The notes beneath the pieces are model-generated. The model was not told where the DNA came from. It did no database searches and saw only the letters and a list, made by a program, of their open reading frames with translations. Below, one piece after another: positions 1 to 10,226 of a DNA stretch of 62,666 nucleotides. The DNA is from Promethearchaeota archaeon (GTDB taxonomy: Archaea; Asgardarchaeota; Lokiarchaeia; Sigyniarchaeales; SOKP01), in assembly GCA_030603385.1 (NCBI GenBank), contig JAUVXW010000027.1, positions 1 to 62,666 of the forward strand. The letters are read 5' to 3'. A program made the position numbers and the translations under genes. Positions within the stretch are counted from its first letter, which is position 1; the number at the start of each line of letters is the position of its first letter.

Positions 1-641
1 GAGTTGTTTGCTATCTGTTCTAATTTTATATCAATTAGCTCATTAAAAATTTCAAATCCCATTTCACCACTAGAGGAAAAATGATCATACCCCACTTTGG
101 AACCACTTTTCGCAAAAGGGTAAATTAAGAGCTTCACGCGAGGAATTACTTGTCTTAATCTGCTTCCCTCATTATTAACGAAAATACGCGTAGTGTATGT
201 TTCTCTATATGATATTCTAGTTAGAACAATTCGTTCATCATAATTTTGAATAAAATCATAAATTTGCCTAATCTTATCTATTTTCTCCTCAATCGGTATG
301 TCTGAGGGAGGAATTTTTGGTACAATTTCTTTATTAAATTTCCAGCCCTTATATTCAGCAATTTCTTCTCCCTTATTTATGGCTAATGGTAATCTATTTT
401 TAACTTTTTTTAAATCAGATAAATCATCAAATGCTACTTCATTCCAAGTACCATTGAAGGTTCTTGCAACAATTCCAGATTTTTTTAAATTAACAGATAT
501 ATTCTCAGCAGAAGGAGATTTGCTTATCTTGAAAGAGGAAAAAGAATCATATAAGATATCAAAGTACTGGTTTTTTCTATTGAAATTATTTGATATTTCT
601 TCAAAATTAGAGAATATCTCGTCGTAGGATTTCTCACTCAT
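1..641 (-). CDS. TldD/PmbA family metalloprotease subunit, N-terminal part (runs off the window)
   Basis: Not in the ORF track. Open minus frame from ATG at 641 (MSEKSYDEIFSNFEE...SGIVARTFNGTWNE...SSSGEMGFEIF); the G-x-x-G-F-E and G-I-x-x-R motifs resemble the TldD N-terminal region. Confidence 0.65.
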   Translation of the reverse strand, partial: MSEKSYDEIFSNFEEISNNFNRKNQYFDILYDSFSSFKISKSPSAENISVNLKKSGIVARTFNGTWNEVAFDDLSDLKKVKNRLPLAINKGEEIAEYKGWKFNKEIVPKIPPSDIPIEEKIDKIRQIYDFIQNYDERIVLTRISYRETYTTRIFVNNEGSRLRQVIPRVKLLIYPFAKSGSKVGYDHFSSSGEMGFEIFNELIDIKLEQIANN

Positions 642-685
642 AATGTTCCACTCGAAACTGCATTAAAAAAATTCTTTAAATTCTA

Positions 686-2131
686 TTATTCTAAGTCTAA
701 TATTTTTTTTACTAGTTTTTTCTTTTCTTCAAAATCTGCTTGTCGTGATATCATAATTCTCTGTGCTTGAGGTGAACCTGCTCCGTGCATTGATTCTGTT
801 TTATAGCTAACAGATGATACGCCCATGGATAGATTTTCAATAAACCGTAAAACTCGATAACGATCTTCAGCGCATAAGCCTTCACAAGTAGTAAGATATT
901 TCTCCAATAAAGATCCAATTTCTTCTGATTTAAAATCTGCTTCAGAAGGTAAAGTACAAATAATTCCTCCAGCTATATCCTCGGCTAGTCTTCCAATTTC
1001 ATATGGAAATCTAGTCACATTTTGTTTACATACATTGGCTAAGAGCATATCCATTTCGTAATTTCCTGCTTCTCTCTGGAAACCTAAAGAACTACATGCA
1101 ATTCCACAACTATAGAGAGTTTCATTTAGGTGAACCATCTCAACAAGTTTATCCCTGATATGAGATGCTTTATCGGTACCGTTGTATTCTGAAATTAATG
1201 CAGCAGCGCCAATAAGTACGTCTCCAACCCCTACTTTACATCCTCCATAAGATTGACGATGAAATCCACCGAACCGGTTAACTAACTCACCGGAGAATTC
1301 AACTTCTCCTTTCATGAAAATATTTTCTTTCGGTACAAACACATCTTCAAAAATCACAAAAATCTCTTGTCCTCCATATTTATAATTACCAATATCTAGC
1401 TTTCCATCTTCTAGTTTACGAGTATCACATGACTGTCTTCCGTATACAAGAGTTATTCCTTTTGTATTAGCATCAATTCCGAAACTTACCGCATATTCCT
1501 CTTCACCTGGTCTTAAAGCTAGTGTAGGCATTACCATTACTCTATGAGAATTTAAAAAACCTGTTTGGTGAACTTTTGCTCCTCGAACTATAATCCCTTG
1601 ATCATTTTCATCTACAATATGTAAATAAGCATCAGGATCAGGTTGTTGACTAGGTCTCTTACTCCGATCTCCTTTCGTGTCTGTCATTGCACCATCTACC
1701 ATCAAATCTTGATTTTGTACTTCTACCCAATATTTTGTGAACCTTTCATGATAATTGGTATCATACTTTTTATCCATCTCATAAGTAACACTGTAAAGAG
1801 CATTAGCCCCATCAAAACCTACGCATCGTTGAAAACAGCAAGCGGTATGCTGCCCTAATAATCGTTGCATTTGCACTTTTTTTATTAAATCATCAACAGA
1901 TTGATGGATATGTGTAAATCTGTTTATATTTTTGCCTGTGAAATGAGATGTAGTCGTCATTATATCTTTATATTCATCCATTTGTGCTAATTCATATATT
2001 TTCATTACTGTATTAATTGAGGGTCTGATGATGGGATGATTCCAAAACTCTTTCACCTTTTCACCAAACATATACAAATTAACTGGTTTTTTTATTGATT
2101 CAAGATATTCTTCTGGCGTTTTTAATGGCAT
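686..2131 (-). CDS. abfD: 4-hydroxybutyryl-CoA dehydratase / vinylacetyl-CoA isomerase (HpaB/AbfD family)
   Basis: CFQRCVG and HRQSYGGCK Fe-S ligand motifs, GAMTDxKGDRS, ESMHGAGSPQAQ; 481 aa. Confidence 0.88.
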   Translation of the reverse strand: MPLKTPEEYLESIKKPVNLYMFGEKVKEFWNHPIIRPSINTVMKIYELAQMDEYKDIMTTTSHFTGKNINRFTHIHQSVDDLIKKVQMQRLLGQHTACCFQRCVGFDGANALYSVTYEMDKKYDTNYHERFTKYWVEVQNQDLMVDGAMTDTKGDRSKRPSQQPDPDAYLHIVDENDQGIIVRGAKVHQTGFLNSHRVMVMPTLALRPGEEEYAVSFGIDANTKGITLVYGRQSCDTRKLEDGKLDIGNYKYGGQEIFVIFEDVFVPKENIFMKGEVEFSGELVNRFGGFHRQSYGGCKVGVGDVLIGAAALISEYNGTDKASHIRDKLVEMVHLNETLYSCGIACSSLGFQREAGNYEMDMLLANVCKQNVTRFPYEIGRLAEDIAGGIICTLPSEADFKSEEIGSLLEKYLTTCEGLCAEDRYRVLRFIENLSMGVSSVSYKTESMHGAGSPQAQRIMISRQADFEEKKKLVKKILDLE

Positions 2132-2240
2132 TTATTTTATCACTCCTAAATAAATTTACTTAGATTGAATTTGAGTATTATAAAAATTTAAGTTTTTAAT
2201 ATTTAATTATAATAATGAATAATCCAGTTAATTCATAGGA

Positions 2241-3176
2241 TTATTCTCCTTGCAGTGATTCTCTCTCTCCATCATGATCGAGATTAATTGGATGAGGGAG
2301 TATCCTAGAATTTTCTTCTAAATAGCTTATCCTTTTCTCTAATATTGTCATTGTTTCTATTATGTTATTAAGAATTTTATTTGATTCTCTGATTTCAAAT
2401 TGAAGATCTCCTAGTTGATTAAGAATAAAAGTTGTAATTTTGGATTCCTTTACGGGTTCGATTAGCCAGTTGATAATGTTTTCAATAAATTTTTGATTAT
2501 CTAATGCATTTAAGCCAATATTCGAATCAGAAGTAAAAATGTCAATGTCGCCAATTGCTACTACCTTACCTTTTCCGAATTCTGTATAGGCTGCTATAAC
2601 GTGTTCTTTATCCTCATCCTCTTTTATCCATTGTTCAGTTGAACTATTAAAAACTTCTGACCAAGAAGATTCATTAGTTTGTAATAATGGTTTGGCATCT
2701 TTGCTTAAGAAAAGGGAACAGGATCCTCCTATTTTTATCTCCCTTAGACGATTCGTTATTTGATGTTTTAAAAAATTACAAATATGCAGTGTACTAATAA
2801 AATTCTGATTTGCTTGATTGGCTTCTTTTATAAGGTTTTTTTCAAAATTAATACCAAATTTCCCAGAAATGTCATTCAGGTTAGTTTTTTGTAAATAATC
2901 AGAACCATATTCGCTCAATAGTAGTAATCCTCCTCCAGATCTTACAAAATCTATAACTAGTTTTACTTCAATACTAGAAAAGAAATCATCAATTGGATTT
3001 CCGATAACTAAAAGATCTATCTTTTTTAACACTTCTGATTCAAGTATTTCATTCTCATTGTTTTTCACGATTACATCTATTCTATTCAATAGGTTTAAAA
3101 ATGCAGTAAACTCTTTGTCTTCATTATTCAACATTTCGTTATGAGTCGAATCGAATAAAACGGTTCTTTTCTGCAT
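2241..3176 (-). CDS. GIFT (GldG/IFT52-like, DUF4350-like) domain protein with C-terminal coiled coil
   Basis: VLFDxxHNE start, FVRSGGGLLLL, GKGKVVAIGDIDIF, NQKFIENIINWL; heptad-rich tail. Confidence 0.65.
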   Translation of the reverse strand: MQKRTVLFDSTHNEMLNNEDKEFTAFLNLLNRIDVIVKNNENEILESEVLKKIDLLVIGNPIDDFFSSIEVKLVIDFVRSGGGLLLLSEYGSDYLQKTNLNDISGKFGINFEKNLIKEANQANQNFISTLHICNFLKHQITNRLREIKIGGSCSLFLSKDAKPLLQTNESSWSEVFNSSTEQWIKEDEDKEHVIAAYTEFGKGKVVAIGDIDIFTSDSNIGLNALDNQKFIENIINWLIEPVKESKITTFILNQLGDLQFEIRESNKILNNIIETMTILEKRISYLEENSRILPHPINLDHDGERESLQGE

Positions 3177-3401
3177 CTTTCAGATTTTTTAAAGAAGGTT
3201 AATTTATAATGAGTTTGAGTGATTATTAAGAGATTATTACAGCATGGTTATACATTTAAAGAAAATTCAAATATAAAAATCATTACGTATCTATTTTATT
3301 TCCGTTCTTGCTAACCAAAAATTTTTAAACGGTTTATAATAATCTTTTTTGGATAAGATCAACTGAATTAATTTTTAAAAATTATGAGTGGAAAATGAGA
3401 T

Positions 3402-4703
3402 ATGAATAATAATGTCGCCATTTTTGGATTGTCGTGGGGAGATGAAGGCAAAGGTAAATTTGTTGATTATTTTGCTCAAAGAGCAGATATTGTCGTGAGA
3501 TATAATGGGGGAAATAATGCAGGACATACGATTAATGCGGATGGAATAAAATATAAATTTAAAATAATGCCAAGTGGTGCGGCATTAGAAAAGGAATGCA
3601 TTATTGCGAATGGATGTGTTGTTGATCCTAAAGTTTTACTTGAGGAAATTGACGATTTAAAAAAATTAAACAAAAAAATAAATTTAAAATTGAGCTCGAC
3701 TGCACATGTAATATTTCCATTCCATCGTACTTTAGACGCTTTAGAGGAAGTAATGAAAGGTAAATATAGTGCAGGTACAACCAAAAGAGGCATTGGACCG
3801 ACATATTCTGACAAAGCCTCTCGTTGGGGTCTTAGAATTTTTGATTTGATAAATCCAGAAATAATGAGACCAAAATTAGATAAACTGCTTAGTATTAAGA
3901 AAAAGCTAATCAAAGTTTATGATCCAGACTGGAATGATAATTTAGAGTCTATTTTTGAAGAGTATAAATCTTATGGTGAACTGTTGAAACCTTATGTTAT
4001 AGATACAGCTTATTATTTAAATAAATTAAATGATTCAGGAAAAAAGATTGTTTTTGAAGCCGCACAAGATAATCTATTGGGATTAGACCACGGTTTTTAT
4101 CCCTTTGGTACGTCATCTAACTCTAACGCATTGGGAATCTCAGCGGGAACGGGAATTCCCCCAACAAAAATAAATAAGATATTTGGCATCATTAAGGCAT
4201 ATACATCAAGAGTAGGTGAGGGAAAGTTCCCAACTGAACTAGTTGATGACACCGCTGAAAGGATTCGAGAACAAGGTCATGAATACGGTACGGTAACAGG
4301 AAGACCAAGAAGAGTTGGATGGTTGGATCTTTTTAATATTAAGTATGGTATAATGATTAATGGTGTTGATAAAATTATTTTAACTCTCTTAGATGCTTTA
4401 GAAGGTATTGATCCTATAAAAATATGTACGGGTTATGAATTAAACGGCAGAATCCTCGAGAGTTGGCCAATCCAACATGAAATAATCGAAAAATGTATCC
4501 CTATATATAAATCATTTCAAGGATGGAAAGCTAGAACCAGAGCTGAATGGTTAGAAATTGCACAAAAGGGATATGATGCTCTACCTGAGACGATGAAAAC
4601 ATATATTCAATCGATTAAAGAAGAATTAGGTATGGATATTGCATTTCTTTCAATTGGTCCAGATAGATTAGAAACGATAGTTTTAGATAATGATATCTTT
4701 TAG
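3402..4703 (+). CDS. purA: Adenylosuccinate synthetase
   Basis: WGDEGKGK, GGNNAGHT, GTTKRGIGPTY, EYGTVTGRPRRVGWLD. Confidence 0.97.
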   Translation: MNNNVAIFGLSWGDEGKGKFVDYFAQRADIVVRYNGGNNAGHTINADGIKYKFKIMPSGAALEKECIIANGCVVDPKVLLEEIDDLKKLNKKINLKLSSTAHVIFPFHRTLDALEEVMKGKYSAGTTKRGIGPTYSDKASRWGLRIFDLINPEIMRPKLDKLLSIKKKLIKVYDPDWNDNLESIFEEYKSYGELLKPYVIDTAYYLNKLNDSGKKIVFEAAQDNLLGLDHGFYPFGTSSNSNALGISAGTGIPPTKINKIFGIIKAYTSRVGEGKFPTELVDDTAERIREQGHEYGTVTGRPRRVGWLDLFNIKYGIMINGVDKIILTLLDALEGIDPIKICTGYELNGRILESWPIQHEIIEKCIPIYKSFQGWKARTRAEWLEIAQKGYDALPETMKTYIQSIKEELGMDIAFLSIGPDRLETIVLDNDIF

Positions 4704-4760
4704 ATAATCATTTTTTTCATATTTCATTCATTTATCCTATAACTCAATCAAATGTTAAAT

Positions 4761-5282
4761 CTAGGATGTTTCAGCCTTTTTCAATGTAAACTCTTTACCA
4801 CAAAAGAAGCAAAACGCAACTCCTCTTTCGTTCAGAAGTGTATTCAAAGATTCTGTTATTTTTTGTCCACATTCTGTACAATAATATGGAATTTTTTTTT
4901 CAGTTATTTCTTTTAAATGGGAAATGTGTTCAGATGATTTTATTGATTCCTTAGATATCGGGGGTATATTCTGATCTTTTTTCCCAGGTTTACCAGAAAT
5001 CCCATAATATAATCTGTCAAATAACTTAGATAATCCCATGTAAATACCTTTAAAGAGGTAATACAAACCTTTAAAAAGATAGTATAGTAAATAAGCAACG
5101 CCTTTTAAGATATAATAAACCAAAACAAGAATAGTTATAGCAATGGCTATTAATACAATAACAATTAAAATTTGGACGATTAAAGAAAACCCCAAAAACC
5201 AGCCAATTGGATCATTCCATATTATATCCCAATTTGTTGTTAATGTTCCCAAATCGATAATGCTGTCGAAGTAATTATTCAT
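4761..5282 (-). CDS. Membrane protein with C-terminal zinc ribbon
   Basis: Long hydrophobic segment; CTECG...CFFCG. Confidence 0.7.
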   Translation of the reverse strand: MNNYFDSIIDLGTLTTNWDIIWNDPIGWFLGFSLIVQILIVIVLIAIAITILVLVYYILKGVAYLLYYLFKGLYYLFKGIYMGLSKLFDRLYYGISGKPGKKDQNIPPISKESIKSSEHISHLKEITEKKIPYYCTECGQKITESLNTLLNERGVAFCFFCGKEFTLKKAETS

Positions 5283-5368
5283 TTTTTCATCTCTATAAAA
5301 AAATAAGTAAAACCTTAATTAAAAGAAAATGGGATCCAATTTTTTTGTTAATTTTTTAGGAGATTGAA

Positions 5369-5929
5369 CTATTTGAAGCATATTAATCCAAAACGATACA
5401 CAAAGTTAACTGGTGGCCATTCAATATTTACGTTTAAATTTTTAACCGTGTCTGTAACATTTATTCCAACCGCTTCCATTGCATACTTTTGTTTATGAGG
5501 ATACCTACACGGTTTACCACTATCGTAAGTACACCCTTTATCAACCTTGTTATAACAAGTTCGACAGAACCCAGCCCATAAAATAAGTCTCTCTTCATAA
5601 TCCTCATGGTGATTTTCAAGAAACTTATCGATTTCGTTTTCTAAATTATTTTTGAAAGCGCTATCTGTATATGCTTGATTTCTTATTTTTTCCTCACTCA
5701 AATTTGGATTTTCTAGTTTTTTCTTTTTTATATATTCATTTAAATTGACTTCGTCATAGATGAGATAAAAAGATTTAAACTTTGATACAGTGTCTTCCAT
5801 ATACGGTGCTTCAGGAGGACAAGTCCAAGAATGTCCGTAACTCGGACATTTGTAAGTGGGAGTTGAACAATAAGATTGTACCTTTGGATCAAATTTTATA
5901 TCCTTTAGATTTACTTTAAGAGATGGCAT
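5369..5929 (-). CDS. DUF2284-type Cys-rich metal-binding protein
   Basis: CPSYGHSWTCPP, GFCRTC, PCRYP, MEAVGINV. Confidence 0.8.
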   Translation of the reverse strand: MPSLKVNLKDIKFDPKVQSYCSTPTYKCPSYGHSWTCPPEAPYMEDTVSKFKSFYLIYDEVNLNEYIKKKKLENPNLSEEKIRNQAYTDSAFKNNLENEIDKFLENHHEDYEERLILWAGFCRTCYNKVDKGCTYDSGKPCRYPHKQKYAMEAVGINVTDTVKNLNVNIEWPPVNFVYRFGLICFK

Positions 5930-6086
5930 AAAAATTCAAATTGTAAAATTATACTTTAGTATAATGGTCTTTCCATTTTAACTTGATTCCCTTTATAACC
6001 GAAGTAAAAATACAATTTTTTTTAAGAAATAAATGATAAGTGTGACTATTATATCCTCTTGGATTAAAAATTAAGTAATTCTTGAT

Positions 6087-6749
6087 GTGAATAAAATGAA
6101 GTTAAATTTAAAAAAAGATAAGAGAAGTCAACTACTAAATGCAGCAAATGATTTTCAGTCAGAAGTTGTAAAAGGTTCACGCTTACTCCACGATTGTATC
6201 AATGAACTTATTAGTGGTAAGCTAGATAAGAGTAAAATAGATAAAGTAATTCAATGTGAACATAATGCGGATCGTGCTAAAGAAAAATATATAGATCTTC
6301 TTTATAAAGATAAGCGAGCACTTCCTTTTTTAGTTGAAGATCGTTATCGATTAATAAAGTATTTAGATATTATTTCAGATAACTCAGAAGAGCTGGCATT
6401 GGGACTAAAAGTATACCCATTCGAAATCTTTGATGATATAAAAGCAGAAATGAAAAAACTTAACGATTTATATCAAGAAGCAATTGAAAATTTAGTGGAA
6501 ATGGTAAACCTTATGGAAACAGATTTTAAAACCGCTTATAAGAAGAGTTTCCACATCGAGACCCTAAAGAGAAGTGCTCGTGAAGCCAAATTTCAAATTT
6601 TAGATTTGGTGTATCAAAAACCACAAGAAAAATCCCTTCGAGTATATCTAACTTCAAAAATATGCATAAAAATATTCGATATGGTTGTCAGAGCTGAAGA
6701 GATTAGTGATTTTCTAAGAAGTTTAATTATAAAATATCCAACTAAATAA
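6087..6749 (+). CDS. DUF47 / PhoU-like phosphate transport regulator
   Basis: All-helical; EHNAD and LPFLVEDR motifs; directly upstream of a PiT gene. Confidence 0.8.
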   Translation: MNKMKLNLKKDKRSQLLNAANDFQSEVVKGSRLLHDCINELISGKLDKSKIDKVIQCEHNADRAKEKYIDLLYKDKRALPFLVEDRYRLIKYLDIISDNSEELALGLKVYPFEIFDDIKAEMKKLNDLYQEAIENLVEMVNLMETDFKTAYKKSFHIETLKRSAREAKFQILDLVYQKPQEKSLRVYLTSKICIKIFDMVVRAEEISDFLRSLIIKYPTK

Positions 6750-6765
6750 ATTAAAGGCGATTCAA

Positions 6766-7722
6766 ATGGCTTTTTCAGTTATATTATCTATATTTTTAAT
6801 TATAGTAATTATAATCTCATTTGGAATAGGCGCGAACGACGAAACATTTGCGGGGATCTACGGTTCTAGAATTCTACCCATGAAACAAATTCTGATTTTG
6901 GCTACTATTTTCGCAATAACAGGTGCACTTTTATTAGGCGAAGCAGTGAGTAAAACTGTTGGTAAAGGTATTTTAGTTAATCTCAATGATGCAATCGTCA
7001 TAACTATTTTAATTTCTACTGCTATTTGGTTAATTTTATCATCTGCGTTGGGTTTACCCATATCAACTACTCATGCAACAATCGGAGCTGTTATAGGTCT
7101 CGGAATAGCAATTAATGCTAATCTTAAGTGGCTGCAGATTCTCGAATTAAGCATCTGGTGGGTGTTCTCTCCAATTATTGGTTATATTGTTACATTTTTT
7201 GTCTTTAAACTTATGCAGAATTATAAAATAAAACATCTTAACGGCTTTCAGAGTTATGAAAGAACAGAAAGATTATTTTCGTATATAGTTCTAATAGTTA
7301 TCTGTATCACTGCATTCTCAAGATCAGGAAATGATTGCTCAAATGCGGTAGGGATTGTTATTGGTATAGGAGATATTCAAATAAATCTTCTTCTTTTAAT
7401 AACAGGCTTAAGTTTAGCAGGAGGATTATTGGTCTTGGGACGAGGGGTTATCAAAAGTGTCGGAAGAATCACAGAACTATATCCAAGTACCGCTTTTGCG
7501 GCACAAATTCCTACAGCTGCGATTTTATTTCTTGGTACAGCATTAGGGATTCCATTATCAGGATCTCATATGTTAGTAGCGTCTTTTGTAGGATTATCTA
7601 AGGCAAATCATGCGCCTGTTAAGAAAGGTTTATGGAAAATAGTGTTAATTTGGTTTTTAACCTTTCCTATAGCTGGACTTCTCTCAATCGTTCTGTATTT
7701 TCCGATTAGTGCCGTCATGTAA
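6766..7722 (+). CDS. pit: Inorganic phosphate transporter, PiT family
   Basis: GANDE, GLPISTTHATIGA, GNDCSNAVG, GIPLSGSH signatures. Confidence 0.9.
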   Translation: MAFSVILSIFLIIVIIISFGIGANDETFAGIYGSRILPMKQILILATIFAITGALLLGEAVSKTVGKGILVNLNDAIVITILISTAIWLILSSALGLPISTTHATIGAVIGLGIAINANLKWLQILELSIWWVFSPIIGYIVTFFVFKLMQNYKIKHLNGFQSYERTERLFSYIVLIVICITAFSRSGNDCSNAVGIVIGIGDIQINLLLLITGLSLAGGLLVLGRGVIKSVGRITELYPSTAFAAQIPTAAILFLGTALGIPLSGSHMLVASFVGLSKANHAPVKKGLWKIVLIWFLTFPIAGLLSIVLYFPISAVM

Positions 7723-7730
7723 TTTTTTTT

Positions 7731-8762
7731 TTATTTCTCTTTCCAAATATTTTCTGTATTACAGGGTACAGGAAGATCCTTCATCGTTAGTAGCCCAGTC
7801 CTTGCATCTATTACTTTTGGTATTAAGTTTGCTACAATCGCTGAAGTGCCCAAATCACCATGAACTCCTCCAATAATTTTCTGGTGAATACTTGGGATAC
7901 CCTCAATTAATACACTGTCATATTCATCATGTTCTCCTGCATATGCTACAAAATCTAAAAGAATTATTTCTTTTCCTTCCTTTTTAGCATATGCTTTGCT
8001 TTGTAACCCGCATACATAGCCTTCTGGTACAATCTCTCCATAGGATGTTGTGAATTCTTTTTTAGCGATTATTTCTTGTGGGGGTAATTCAACAATTTCA
8101 TCATACTCAATACCTAAAGCTGAAACAATCATTTGAATTGATTGGGTTATGCCTACGTGGCCAGTTATTTCTTTATTACTAATTTTTTTATGAAATTCAT
8201 CAACACTTAAACCAGTTCCTATCTTTTTTTGGAAAGATACTCTTCGTTTAGTTGAATTCATCATTCTCGTCACTTTAATTGACTTAACGCTCTGACATGG
8301 GGCTGTAAGCACAATGGGAAGTAAATCCATAAGATACCCCGGATTAATACCTATTCCGACAATTGTGACGTTATTTAATTTCGCAAGTACATCTAATTTT
8401 TTACTACGTTCAGCATGATATTGAAATGGATAAGATAGTTCTTCACAGATAGATATCACATTACTTCCGGATTTAACGGCACTTTCAATAGTTGGAACTA
8501 TTTTTTCTAAAGAAGAAGAAGTAGCTATTATAACAACATCAGCGTTCTCTCTTGAAAGAATAGAATCCAAATCAGATTCAATAGTTAAGTCTAACTTTTT
8601 TTCAATATCAAGTACCTCACTTAATTCTTTACCAACAAGTAAATGATCTATATCGATAACTCCTCTCAAACTAATATTTTTCCGTTGGAGAAGAAGTTTT
8701 GTTATAATTTTTCCCATAGGTCCAAGTCCTACTTGAATTATATCAAACTGCTTTTTCATCAA
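7731..8762 (-). CDS. NAD(P)-dependent amine dehydrogenase / 2,4-diaminopentanoate dehydrogenase-like (DapB-like N-terminus)
   Basis: GLGPMG Rossmann motif, NVISICEELSYP, GINPGYLMD, GHVG, GGVHGD. Confidence 0.75.
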   Translation of the reverse strand: MMKKQFDIIQVGLGPMGKIITKLLLQRKNISLRGVIDIDHLLVGKELSEVLDIEKKLDLTIESDLDSILSRENADVVIIATSSSLEKIVPTIESAVKSGSNVISICEELSYPFQYHAERSKKLDVLAKLNNVTIVGIGINPGYLMDLLPIVLTAPCQSVKSIKVTRMMNSTKRRVSFQKKIGTGLSVDEFHKKISNKEITGHVGITQSIQMIVSALGIEYDEIVELPPQEIIAKKEFTTSYGEIVPEGYVCGLQSKAYAKKEGKEIILLDFVAYAGEHDEYDSVLIEGIPSIHQKIIGGVHGDLGTSAIVANLIPKVIDARTGLLTMKDLPVPCNTENIWKEK

Positions 8763-8831
8763 ATATCCCTTTTTTAAGCACTACTTCTGAATAATTTTTA
8801 AAATATCAATAATACTTTATCTTTTTCGAAT

Positions 8832-10172
8832 TTACCCTATTTTTGATTGGGAAACTGGTTGAGCGATTTCCTCAACAACTTCTTGAATTCTTAGTATATT
8901 TTCGTGAGTATGAGCCATGGATATTGAACCTAAACCATGCAATCCTGAAATATTTCGATTAAAAAGAGCCAATTGAAGTAAGGCTTCCCGTTTTCTATCT
9001 TTAAATAAAGATATATCTCGCATTGAAGGTTGTTCAATCCATTTCGAAAGAGCATGGATCATAACCATAGATTTATATCCTATGGCTATAAGTTGTGATT
9101 TTATTTCTTTAAAAAATCGATTTAAATTATTTAATAAAGAATCTCCTTCTTGGTTTATCCGATTGTAATCTTGATGAGAATTTTTCAAAATTTCCAAGGT
9201 TTTTAAACCAGCTATCATACTGAGTGGATATCCAGAAAAAGTTCCACCACCAATCAATACCTGATTCGCTACACCAGGACTTGATTGATCAATAATGTCT
9301 TTTCGACCACCCACAGCACCAATTGGCATTCCTCCACCAATAATTTTTCCCATAGTAGTTAAATCAGGTATTACTCCCACTTTGTTCTGAAATAGACTAT
9401 CTGTAAAACGATATCCAGTAATAATTTCATCAAATATTAAAAGGATTCCATATCGTTCAGCATCCTCTTTCAGCCTTTTCAAGAATTCTATTTTAACTGG
9501 AAATCCCCCGCCACCTCCTAAAACAGGTTCCAAAATTATTGCTGCTAGATTTTCAGAATTTTCTTTTATTAAATCAAACGTACTCTCATCATTGATCTGA
9601 AATGTTAAAACTCCTGCTTGTTCAGCTTTAAGTAGGCCTGGAGAGGCTTCTCCACTAACTATACTTCCTATATCGTAAGATAATGTATCATTTGCTCCAT
9701 GCCATCCCAATTTGGCTTTGGCTATTAGTCTCCTCTTTGTAAATGCTCGAGCTAATCGTGAAGCATACATAGTTGCTTCTGTCCCAGATACGCAAAACCT
9801 AATCTTTTCAATCCCAAGATTATCCTTAACGATTGTACTCGCGAGCTTCACTTGATACTCAGTATTCGTGCCAAAATGCCAACCCTCTACTAAATATTCC
9901 TTTATCACCTTTTGAACTTCTGGAGGATTATGTCCTAAAATCATCGCAAAGTGACCATTCCAACAATCTATGTATTCATTATCATCTACATCTTTCAATT
10001 GTGCTCCTTTACTTGATTTAATAAAAACGGGAAAACCTCCGATTAAATGTAAACCAAATGTTCTAATATTGTGAGATATTCCACCCGGTAACACTTCAAG
10101 TGCTTTTTGCCAAAGTTCTTTCGATTTTGGCCTATCTTTCTGAAATTTCTCTAACTCTTCTTTAATAAACAT
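8832..10172 (-). CDS. Class III PLP aminotransferase, glutamate-1-semialdehyde aminomutase-like
   Basis: SGTEATM, FDEIITGYR, PDLTTMGKIIGGGMPIGA, GGTFSG; divergent C-terminus, so hemL not assigned. Confidence 0.8.
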   Translation of the reverse strand: MFIKEELEKFQKDRPKSKELWQKALEVLPGGISHNIRTFGLHLIGGFPVFIKSSKGAQLKDVDDNEYIDCWNGHFAMILGHNPPEVQKVIKEYLVEGWHFGTNTEYQVKLASTIVKDNLGIEKIRFCVSGTEATMYASRLARAFTKRRLIAKAKLGWHGANDTLSYDIGSIVSGEASPGLLKAEQAGVLTFQINDESTFDLIKENSENLAAIILEPVLGGGGGFPVKIEFLKRLKEDAERYGILLIFDEIITGYRFTDSLFQNKVGVIPDLTTMGKIIGGGMPIGAVGGRKDIIDQSSPGVANQVLIGGGTFSGYPLSMIAGLKTLEILKNSHQDYNRINQEGDSLLNNLNRFFKEIKSQLIAIGYKSMVMIHALSKWIEQPSMRDISLFKDRKREALLQLALFNRNISGLHGLGSISMAHTHENILRIQEVVEEIAQPVSQSKIG

Positions 10173-10226
10173 TTAAAGGACAAACCTTCTTTACATAATT
10201 AACCTAATTATTGAATAATTAATACA

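Noticed and set aside
298-627. Plus-strand 109-aa ORF
   Set aside because: Antisense shadow of the TldD-like gene running off the window on the minus strand.
8832-10172. Assigning hemL
   Set aside because: The C-terminal region is divergent and there is no tetrapyrrole context; only family-level support.
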